From a virus, in the IMG/VR virus record IMGVR_UViG_3300029119_000326: DNA of 64,000 bases, one strand, 5' to 3'. Both the position numbers and the translations under genes were made by a program. Under the pieces are notes generated by a model. The model was given only the letters and a program-made list of their open reading frames with translations, was not told the DNA's origin and did no database searches. Shown here in pieces: positions 18,954-28,200 of this stretch; positions within the stretch are counted from its first letter, which is position 1; the number at the start of each line of letters is the position of its first letter.

Positions 18954-21443
18954 ATGAAAGATGAAGAAAAGAAGTTAGGAAATAAAATCAAGAAAAAAAT
19001 AAAACAAATAAAAGAGTTTGTAATGAAACATCCAGTAAAAACAGTATTAAGCATAATAGTTTTATTGTATGTTTCAGGAATAATGAGTGAAGCACTGTAT
19101 CAAGCAATTCACTTTGGGGAAATACGAAACGGTAATGGCATACCATGGTATATGTTGTCTTGGAGTCCGAAAGCAATGTTACAATGGTGTACAAGCGTAA
19201 GAGGTTTCATTTGCCTGTTATTGACAATAGTAGCAGCATATCTATTGTGGATATACGGTGTTAAACCTCGTGTTAAAGAAGAGACAGGTAAGGACAATAT
19301 AGATATACCTTTCAAGTATTCAGAAGAAAAGCCGTATGGTTCAGCAGAGAAAATGACGGAAGAAGATTTGGAAGATATATTGGAATTCAAACCGATAGAA
19401 GAAACACATGGAATTATATTAGGACAAACCTATGATGGAAAGGTAGTATCAATTCCTACATCGGAAGAATTTGAAGAAAAAGCAAAAAGAAAAAATTGGT
19501 CACGAGATGATATGACCAATAATACAAGAAACAGAAACATTCTTGCTATTGGCTCACCGGGTACTATGAAGACAAGAGCACTAATAATGAATCAAGTATT
19601 TCAAGCAATAGTACATGGGGATTCAATAATGATAACAGACCCAAAAGGAGAAATATATGAAAAGACATATAATCGCCTTAAAGAGAATGGTTATGATGTA
19701 AGAATGTTTAACCTTATCAAGCAGGACCACAGTGATAGTTGGAACCCAATAAACGAATTAAAGGTTGAGGACTATGATACATTCAATCCAATTGAGATAT
19801 TAAGAAACTCATCAGATAAGACACAAAGAAAAGTCATATCAAGTGTATACGCAAAAATATTTGCATCCACCATTGTTAATAATGCAGATGAAAACGGAGA
19901 AAAGTATTGGAGCGATAACGCAATGAATGTATTGAAATCATGTTTGATGTTAAAAGATATGGATAGTCTTGGTAAGATATATGATTTCATAAGCAGAAGT
20001 ACGATTGAACAGCTTGCATTAAAGTTTTCAGATGCAGATGATGAATCGGTAGCAAGAAGAGCATTTGATATATTTAATCAAAGTTCAGAAACAGTAAAAG
20101 GTCAAATAATAAACGGACTTGGCATTATGATAGATGTATTTCAGGATGAAAGAATCAGAAATATGACAGGTTCAAGTGAGATTGATATGACAAAACCTGC
20201 AAAGGAAAAGTGTGCATACTTTGTTATAACATCAGACCAACACAGAACATTTGACTATTTGGCAGTTTTGTTTTGGACTATGGCATTCATAAAGCTTATT
20301 GAATACATAGATGAAAACAGAGACGAAAAGGGCGATCCGACCACCTTACCAATACATATGTTGCTTGATGAATTTCCAAATATAGGTGAGATACCGGATT
20401 TCAACCGTAAGTTAAGTACAGTAAGAAGTAGATTGATATATACAACAATAATCATTCAAAACTTACCTCAATTGATGAACCGTTATCCTAACGGAATGCA
20501 TGAAGAAATATTCTCGGACTGTGACTTTACAGTATTCCTTGGTTGTAATGACTACACAACAGCAGAATACATAAGTAAATTAACAGGTATAGCGAGTATA
20601 GAAGTAACAACGCAAAACAGTACCTATGCAAGAAATGTAATGGTACTTAATCAAGACCCGAATTTTAAAGAAGTAAAATCAATAGGTCAAAGGACAGTAA
20701 TGAATGCTGATGAGGTAAAGTCAATTAAGAATACAGATTTGCTTATCTTTATCAGAGGCACAAAGTCTGTATATCAGTGTAAAAAATTTGACTATTCAAA
20801 GCATCCATTTGCAAAGGATTTAAAAATAGCAAAAATAAAAGACTATGTTCCTGAATGGAAACAACAACTAATTGATGATGCAAAGGAACAAATCAGAAGA
20901 AATGAAGAACGCTTAAAGAAAGAAGCAGAAGAAAAAGAAAGAGAAAGACTGATCCAAGAAAAAGCTATTGAAAGAGAAAATCGAAGAAAAGAAATGATGA
21001 AACAAGATGAAGATGATTTCTTTGAAGGATTTACGCAGCAGGCAATCAATTTTGATGATTACCTTCAAAACAAAAAAATAGCAAATAAAGAAGATTTTAT
21101 AAATACAGAAAATGAATCTGAAAACGAAATTAAGTTAATAACAGAGAAGCAAACTCTTGATGAAATAAATACAAATGAAAATGATATATTTTCTACATTA
21201 CTCGGTGATGAAGAAGATACAATTCCTAACCTAACAAACTCTAAAAACAAATCAACTAACAAAAAAGACACAAAGTCAAAAAATGAAAAAAAGATAATAT
21301 CAAGAAATACAATGCAGAATAAATTAAATGCAATAAGTAAATCGCTTGATAAAATCGAAGATGAAAATGTAGAACTGGATATAAAAAAAGAGGCAGAAGA
21401 CATTTTTGGAAATTTTGACTTTAGTAATAATAACGATAATTGA
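18954..21443 (+). CDS. type IV secretion coupling protein (VirD4/TraG/TraD family) with a charged low-complexity C-terminal tail
   Basis: N-terminal TM segments. Walker A GSPGTMKT. TDPKGE. DHSDSWNP. LLDEFPNIGEIP...RSRLIYTTIIIQNLPQL. Confidence 0.8.
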   Translation: MKDEEKKLGNKIKKKIKQIKEFVMKHPVKTVLSIIVLLYVSGIMSEALYQAIHFGEIRNGNGIPWYMLSWSPKAMLQWCTSVRGFICLLLTIVAAYLLWIYGVKPRVKEETGKDNIDIPFKYSEEKPYGSAEKMTEEDLEDILEFKPIEETHGIILGQTYDGKVVSIPTSEEFEEKAKRKNWSRDDMTNNTRNRNILAIGSPGTMKTRALIMNQVFQAIVHGDSIMITDPKGEIYEKTYNRLKENGYDVRMFNLIKQDHSDSWNPINELKVEDYDTFNPIEILRNSSDKTQRKVISSVYAKIFASTIVNNADENGEKYWSDNAMNVLKSCLMLKDMDSLGKIYDFISRSTIEQLALKFSDADDESVARRAFDIFNQSSETVKGQIINGLGIMIDVFQDERIRNMTGSSEIDMTKPAKEKCAYFVITSDQHRTFDYLAVLFWTMAFIKLIEYIDENRDEKGDPTTLPIHMLLDEFPNIGEIPDFNRKLSTVRSRLIYTTIIIQNLPQLMNRYPNGMHEEIFSDCDFTVFLGCNDYTTAEYISKLTGIASIEVTTQNSTYARNVMVLNQDPNFKEVKSIGQRTVMNADEVKSIKNTDLLIFIRGTKSVYQCKKFDYSKHPFAKDLKIAKIKDYVPEWKQQLIDDAKEQIRRNEERLKKEAEEKERERLIQEKAIERENRRKEMMKQDEDDFFEGFTQQAINFDDYLQNKKIANKEDFINTENESENEIKLITEKQTLDEINTNENDIFSTLLGDEEDTIPNLTNSKNKSTNKKDTKSKNEKKIISRNTMQNKLNAISKSLDKIEDENVELDIKKEAEDIFGNFDFSNNNDN

Positions 21444-21456
21444 AAGGATTAAGATT

Positions 21457-22431
21457 ATGAAAAAAATTGTTGAAGTACCGGAAGGTGCTAATACAGCTTT
21501 TGACGAAGAAAGAGAAAAAATAGCTGTATACCAAGTATTAAATGAATCTCTTGAAAGTGCAACAAAAAGCAAGAAAAAATTTATCACTTGCAAAGTTCTC
21601 GGTGCAAAGCATAATATGAACGGTTCAACGCCGGAATATAGAGTTTGTGCTATGTGCCAATATAAAGACTGGATTATACTTGTTAAAGCTGACCAAATGG
21701 GCTTTAATCCAAAAGAATTTGAAGGACTTAACAATCAACAAAAAGAAGCCAAATATGCTAAATTTATCAGCAATATGACTTTTTCAACTATAAATGTAGT
21801 TATTATCGGAATAGATGTCAAAACAAAAAGAGCAGCCGGAAATAGAAATATGGCAATGGAGTATATCAAAGACAGATATTATTTCAAAAGTGATTCAAAC
21901 GGTAAATCGGCAATGGAAAAAATCTTTGAAAGTAAAAAAGAAGTCTTTCCGCAAGCTCGTGTTGTTACCGTAAGCAAGAGCGTTGTTTGGCTTGAAGTGT
22001 TTGGCTTACTAACAGATGTATATGCAAGAGATGTTGAATGGCGATTTGTTGAAAATTTAAAATCTGTTATTTCTGTCGGCGATTTAGTACCGGTTAAAAT
22101 TATGGAATTAACGATAGACAAAGAAAACAAGAAAGTCAAGATGAGAGTGTCAATTAAAGAAGCAAAAGAAAATATGATGATACGAAATATGCAGTATTAT
22201 AACGAAGGTGACACTCTTGCAGGAACAGTTTCTAATATCCAAAATGGAGCATGTTATGTACAAATTGGAGATTTTAAAACAGGTATTGATGTTCTATGCA
22301 AGATAATAAATCTTGATGAGGTGCCAAATAAAAAAGACATTGTACTCGTAACAATAGGAAAAAAAGACAATGAAACCGGAAGAGTATTTGGTCGAATCGA
22401 AGAAATCAGAAAACGAGCAAGTAATTATTAA
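21457..22431 (+). CDS. S1 RNA-binding-domain protein (two S1-like domains)
   Basis: ARVVTVSKSVVWLEVFG...VGDLVPVKIMELTIDKENKKVKMRVSIKEAKE and GDTLAGTVSNIQNGACYVQIGDFKTGIDVL... Confidence 0.45.
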   Translation: MKKIVEVPEGANTAFDEEREKIAVYQVLNESLESATKSKKKFITCKVLGAKHNMNGSTPEYRVCAMCQYKDWIILVKADQMGFNPKEFEGLNNQQKEAKYAKFISNMTFSTINVVIIGIDVKTKRAAGNRNMAMEYIKDRYYFKSDSNGKSAMEKIFESKKEVFPQARVVTVSKSVVWLEVFGLLTDVYARDVEWRFVENLKSVISVGDLVPVKIMELTIDKENKKVKMRVSIKEAKENMMIRNMQYYNEGDTLAGTVSNIQNGACYVQIGDFKTGIDVLCKIINLDEVPNKKDIVLVTIGKKDNETGRVFGRIEEIRKRASNY

Positions 22432-22451
22432 AAAAGAGGTGACAAGTAAAA

Positions 22452-22835
22452 ATGAATGTATCAGAGCAATTACAACAATTCTATACGGAATTACAATATC
22501 TCGTTGCCGTTAAATATCGCACTACACTTCTTGATAGTATCAACGCTGAAAAAGAATACTATAATTCTATTATCAGTGATATTAACGAGTTAGGTGAAAG
22601 GCTGAGCACATATACTATTGAGGACAAAACGCTCAATGATAATGAAAACGAGGCATTCTTACAATGGTTAAAAATTCAGTTGATTGGTGAAATTGAAAAT
22701 TGTAGGAAAAATATTATGAAAAATTATTCAAAATTTTTAAAATCTACATATTCTTCTACTATACCTAATAAAAAGGGTAAAAAAGAAAAACAAGAAGATT
22801 TTACTGATAATGAGAATATGAAGCAAGAGCAGTAA
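22452..22835 (+). CDS. hypothetical coiled-coil protein
   Basis: RBS agaggtga. Confidence 0.4.
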   Translation: MNVSEQLQQFYTELQYLVAVKYRTTLLDSINAEKEYYNSIISDINELGERLSTYTIEDKTLNDNENEAFLQWLKIQLIGEIENCRKNIMKNYSKFLKSTYSSTIPNKKGKKEKQEDFTDNENMKQEQ

Positions 22836-22965
22836 CGGAAAAGCAAATCTGGCTATCTTGTGAGTTTGGCGTGAAGACAGACTAATGAGGCAAATAATTT
22901 CATCGTGAAAATTAAAAAAATAAATTTGTTGATTTAGTCTGTTTTTATGAAATGAAGGTAAAAAA

Positions 22966-23142
22966 ATGAGTAAAAATACAAAAAAATCAAATTATATAAA
23001 ACCGGGGTCGAAAGAAAATTATATTTATGACCTTGAAAAATTTTATAAAGAAAATGGTTATCCAAGCAACAAAACAGCAAGTAAATCAAAAAAAGAAAAA
23101 CAAATAGCAGACGAATATAACGAATTTAAACTTATATTGTAA
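22966..23142 (+). CDS. small lysine-rich ORF (58 aa)
   Basis: RBS gaagg; frame checked by hand. Confidence 0.3.
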   Translation: MSKNTKKSNYIKPGSKENYIYDLEKFYKENGYPSNKTASKSKKEKQIADEYNEFKLIL

Positions 23143-23169
23143 AAATATCTGTGTATTTTTTAAAATTGA

Positions 23170-23179
23170 TTACTATATA
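23170..23179 (+). promoter_or_regulatory. TTACTATATA promoter-like motif
   Basis: Motif copy upstream of the SpoVG-like gene. Confidence 0.4.
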
Positions 23180-23233
23180 CCATACGAGGTAGAGGAGATA
23201 CCTTGAAAAAATTAAGGGAAAGGAGAGAACGAT

Positions 23234-23614
23234 ATGAGTACATATTCATTACCTATCAAGGTAAATTCTGACAGTAATAATACGGATAATATTTTAAATG
23301 TCGAAATTGATTGTCGAATTTATCCTGTTAGAAGAGGAAGAGATGGTCTTCGCGCTACTGCTGTGTTAGATTATTTCGGTTTCACATTGGGTGATATACA
23401 AGTTTATGAAAGGCGTGGTCAAATTTCAATAGTATATCCAACAAGAGAAATTCGCCGTAAAGGTGAATTAAGAGAAGCATCAGTATATTTTCCAAACAAC
23501 AGAGAACTTGGTCAAAATATCAACCATATCATCAATCAAGAATATCTTAATGTTGTCAAACATAATGATGTTCCTACGCTTGAAGGTATGGGTATCAAGA
23601 ACGGTCAAGAATAA
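23234..23614 (+). CDS. SpoVG family protein
   Basis: IDCRIYPVRRGRDGLRATAVLDYFGFTLGDIQVYER...YPTREI...ELREASVYFPNNRELGQNINHIINQEY matches the SpoVG fold pattern. Confidence 0.6.
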   Translation: MSTYSLPIKVNSDSNNTDNILNVEIDCRIYPVRRGRDGLRATAVLDYFGFTLGDIQVYERRGQISIVYPTREIRRKGELREASVYFPNNRELGQNINHIINQEYLNVVKHNDVPTLEGMGIKNGQE

Positions 23615-23635
23615 ATAATTAAGAAAGGAAATAGT

Positions 23636-24706
23636 TTGAAAAAATTTGGTAAAACTTTATCAATAGGACTTGCTACAATTATGGCTGTTTCGTCATTAGG
23701 TATCGGTACAACGGCATTTGCATCACAGGTTAATTCTGTACAAACTGCGGAAAGTATCGGCTTAAATGAGACGAAATCGACAGTATTTAGATATGGGGAA
23801 ATCAATGATGATTTTCTTTCTGAAAATACAAAATACTTTAAATTTGTGGCACCTACTACCGGTTATTATGAATTCGATTTAACCGGGTATCAAAACAGAA
23901 TTGATGGTCAGAATACAACTGCATATATTGATGTTACAGACACAACAGGAAAAAGTGTTGATTCAGGAGGATATTATGACCAATATTATAATGATGTTAA
24001 GGCTGTTGCTGAATTAACACAAGGTCAAACATATTACATCGAATCATATTATTCACCGTTTAAAACTGCGGATTATGAAAATAATGGATACGCAGAATCA
24101 ACCATCAATATTTCAGTTACACCTCACACACACGAATTTTCAGCTGAAGCATATTCGACCACAACATATTATACATGTAACAGATGTCATTATTCGTATT
24201 CAGAGGAAAACAAAAAATCAATCTCAAATATTTATCTTGAAAAGATAAAATATGTTTATGACGGTAAATTGAAAACGCCAAATGTTATTGTTTATGATAC
24301 AGCCGGAAACCTTGTTAATTTAACAAATGTTTCATACGCATCAGGCAGAAAGAATGTAGGTACTTACAATGTATCAGTTACATATGGCAAACAATCATTT
24401 AATTTATCGTTTCAAATTGTACCAAAAAGAACAAATATTTCTTCTGTTAAAGCAGGAAAGAAAAAACTCACTATAAAATGGAAGAAACAACAAAAGCAAG
24501 CAACAGGCTATCAAATCCAATATTCTACTTCTAAAAAGTTTTCCAGAGCAAAAACAATAACTGTTAAAAGTAGGATTACTTCTAAAACAATTAAAGGTTT
24601 GAAAGCCAAGAAAAAATATTATGTAAGAATAAGAACTTATAAAGTTGTAAACGGTAAAAAGCTTGCTTCTTCTTGGTCAAAAACAAAATCAATAAAAACA
24701 AAATAA
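23636..24706 (+). CDS. secreted protein with a C-terminal Fn3-like module related to 7714-8943
   Basis: Signal peptide. GYQIQYSTSKKFSRAKTITVKS...KGLKAKKKYYVRIRTYK. Confidence 0.55.
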   Translation: MKKFGKTLSIGLATIMAVSSLGIGTTAFASQVNSVQTAESIGLNETKSTVFRYGEINDDFLSENTKYFKFVAPTTGYYEFDLTGYQNRIDGQNTTAYIDVTDTTGKSVDSGGYYDQYYNDVKAVAELTQGQTYYIESYYSPFKTADYENNGYAESTINISVTPHTHEFSAEAYSTTTYYTCNRCHYSYSEENKKSISNIYLEKIKYVYDGKLKTPNVIVYDTAGNLVNLTNVSYASGRKNVGTYNVSVTYGKQSFNLSFQIVPKRTNISSVKAGKKKLTIKWKKQQKQATGYQIQYSTSKKFSRAKTITVKSRITSKTIKGLKAKKKYYVRIRTYKVVNGKKLASSWSKTKSIKTK

Positions 24707-24773
24707 TAAGCTTAAGTAGCCCAGCATATATCATGCTGGGCTAAAAGTCAATATAAGAAAGGGGAGAAAAACC

Positions 24774-25205
24774 GTGAAAAATACGAGCATAAGAATTGCA
24801 TTGTTGTTAATGTGTATTATTGTTATTTCTTCTTCAAGTGCTTATGCAGCGACATATAAAGTCGAAGAAGGAAAAGAAGAAACAATTACAGTTAATGTTG
24901 ATTATAACAAGACAACTGCAGAAAGCACTACGAAAAGTGAAACTCAATATACAGAAAATAATACCACTAATGTTGTAACTACTGAAATCGTTAGTACAAC
25001 AGAACCAAATATTGTGCAAACAACAAGTGAAACTATTGCCACAGAAACCACACCGAAGCCAACAAAAACCAAGGCAACAAAAAAACATAAAAAAGAAAAA
25101 AGTGTAAAAACTGGTTTCAACACTTTACCGTTATATTTTACAATAATAGGACTGGCAATATTATTGATTATCATGAAAAGAAAGAGGGTGCGAATAAATG
25201 AGTAA
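24774..25205 (+). CDS. small T-rich surface protein with a sortase-type sorting signal (SVKTG + TM + KRKR)
   Basis: Signal peptide. C-terminal SVKTGFNTLPLYFTIIGLAILLIIMKRKRVR. Confidence 0.5.
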   Translation: MKNTSIRIALLLMCIIVISSSSAYAATYKVEEGKEETITVNVDYNKTTAESTTKSETQYTENNTTNVVTTEIVSTTEPNIVQTTSETIATETTPKPTKTKATKKHKKEKSVKTGFNTLPLYFTIIGLAILLIIMKRKRVRINE

Positions 25206-28200
25206 AAATAAAAAAATAATTTCTGTTTTTTTAGCTATTATTACAATGCTTACTTGCTTTCCGATTTCGGCATTTGCTAATAATATAGACTGGGAATATT
25301 CTGTTAATGAAGACAATACAATCGAAATAACAGGATACAACGGAGATTTATCATCAACTCTTGAATTACCAAAAACAATTGATGATAAAACCGTTATAGG
25401 TACTTCTTCCGAAATTTTTGAAAACAAAAGCGTAGATAATGTAAAAACAATTATAATTCCATATACATATCAATTTATTTGGAATCTTGATTTGTTTTCT
25501 AATTTGAAAAAAATTGAAGCCCATTCGTTAACTATACAAAATATGTATTTGTTAAATGGAGGACAGGAAAACAAATACATTGAATTAAACAGTGAAAATA
25601 TAGAAAAATTTGAAAAATCACTTGCTGTATTGTCAAAATTAAACGAATCGTTATGTGAAAACAATAAAGAAATAAATAAAGAAAAAACAACAGATTGTAA
25701 GAAAGATGGTATAAACTACATTTGTAAAGTGTGTGGATACGAATGGAAAAAAGCTTGTCAAGAGCACCAATATGAGTATGTTAAAGAAAAGAGTACAAAA
25801 GATAATTGCTATTCTGAATGCATTGCTTGTGGCGAGCAGATAAAAAGTAATCATAATTACAAATCTGAAATAACAAAAGCACCAACTTGTACCGAAGAAG
25901 GAACAAAAACATATACTTGTACAAATTGTGGATATTCATATACAGAGAATATACCAAAAACAACTCATAATTATGTTCGCAAGACCTTGGTTGAAGCAAC
26001 TTGTGCACAACCGGGTACTGACGAATTGACTTGTAGCAAATGTGGATATAAAGAGACGGAAAAAACATATAAATCACATGAATATGATGATGGAGTTGTT
26101 GTTGACGAAGGCAATTGCGTTAATGTAAAAATTAAATATACCTGCAAATTTTGTGGAAACACATATGAAGAAACTGAAGATGTTCTTCATGATTGTATAA
26201 TAGAAAATGGCTATTTTCAATGTAAAAGATGTAATAAAAAAGTCAAACTTACTTTTAATTCAATCAATACAAAAAATTATACATACGATTTTGATGATGT
26301 TAATGATTTGGACTGGGATGGTGCATTGAATACATATGTTATAAATTGCAATGAAGATTCTCGGTATACATTTGATTTTTCAAAATTAAATTTCAATTCA
26401 GATCATGGTAGTGTAAGTTTAGTTAAAATAGATCCGGACTTTACCGATGATGAAATTATTTTTTATTCCCTACTTAAACAAGCTTATCCGCGATACCAAT
26501 TAGATAAATATGATACAGATGGTAGATGCCATCCTGTTGAAAATGCACCTAAACTTTCTTATGATTTCTTATCAATGTTTAGTTTATATGATTGGACTGC
26601 ATATGGATGGGATCCAGAATGGTCTGCTAATCTAGAAGATAAATTTGAATGGATTGAAAATTCGGAGCTGCAATTCAAAAATAGTCAAGTCTTTTTTGAT
26701 CTACAAAAAGATAGAAGTAATGGCAAAGCATATAATTATCTTGAAAAATATGGAAGTGAGTGCTTTTTGGGTGGTACTACTAAAGAAACACTTTTATTAA
26801 ATAAAGGTAAATATTTATTAGTTGTAAAAAACGCTTATTCTGATTCTTGCAAAGAACCTATGTTTACAGGAAAATTTGATATAAAAAAAGAATGCAATCA
26901 TGTTTATAACGAAACTATAACAAAAGCACCAACTTGTAATGAAAAAGGAACAAAAACATATACTTGCACAAAATGTGGATATTCATATACAGAGGATATA
27001 CCAAAAATAACACACAATTACAAAGCCAAAATAACAAAAGAGCCAACATGTACCGAAGAAGGAATAAAAACATATACTTGTAAATTATGTGGTGATTCTT
27101 ATACAGAAATCATTCCGGCAACCAGACACGAGTACAAAAAAATCAATATAGACGATAAAACATATAAAATTGAATGCTCAAAATGTGGTTTAAATCGTTT
27201 TTATAAAGAATTAGATGATTGGACTATTACATTTAGCGGTAATGATAATACTTGTACGCTGTATAAATATAATGGTTCAGAAACAATTTTGTCACTTCCG
27301 GAAAAAGTTGGAAAATATAAAGTTTTAGGTTTGGAAAAAAGTGCTTTTGAAAATGTTAAAATAGCTGACGATATAACAGAAGTAACTATTCCTTATACAT
27401 ATAAAAAGGTTGAAGGAATAGAAAATTTGTCTAATTTGCGACAATTGAATTATCATGAAATTTTATGGGATTATTTTAGTAATGAACTAATAAGCTTTTT
27501 TGACCAAAATAATATATACTGTCGTTCTCTTTGCGAAGGACATTGGTATACGGATCAAGATTGTACAAAACAAGACATAGATGTTTATTGCAAAATATGT
27601 GGATATACGGAAAAAAGAGACTCTAATATGACCTATTTTGAGGATGGTCATCAATATGTGATAAGTAATGTTAACGGTGATATAATTACCTATACTTGTA
27701 CACAATGCCCGAATTCATATACAATGATTTGCAAACATAATAATGCCAAATACGACAGAAAAGTTGAAGCAAATTGCCAGCATGGCTCATACGATATATA
27801 TGTTTGTCTTGACTGTAACAACGAAATTAAGCGTCATGAACAATCAACTCTTGGTGAACACTCTTATGAAATAAAAAAAGGAAAAGCCATATGTAAAGTT
27901 TGTCAAAACGAAATCACTTACAAATCATATAATATAGATGAGTTAAATAAACAATACACTTTCTATCAAAAGGATTTCTATGATGATCACTTATCTTCTA
28001 CCGAAAAGAAAAATCGTTATAATTGTATAAAGCTGACAATTGATAAAAATAATACTCCGGTTTATTTCTATCAAACAAAAAGTCAAGGAAAATTTAATAT
28101 AAGGACATTCGAAGGGTTAAGTCAAGATGAAATTGATTATTATTTAATTTCATCTTCGCAGTATGGTTTAAATTATAATAACTTTGAAAAATACAGCGAA

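Noticed and set aside
22875-22942. Long-range inverted repeat agacagactaa...ttagtctgt + T-run after gene 22452-22835 as a terminator
   Set aside because: The loop is 48 nt, too large for a confident intrinsic terminator call, so it is left unannotated.
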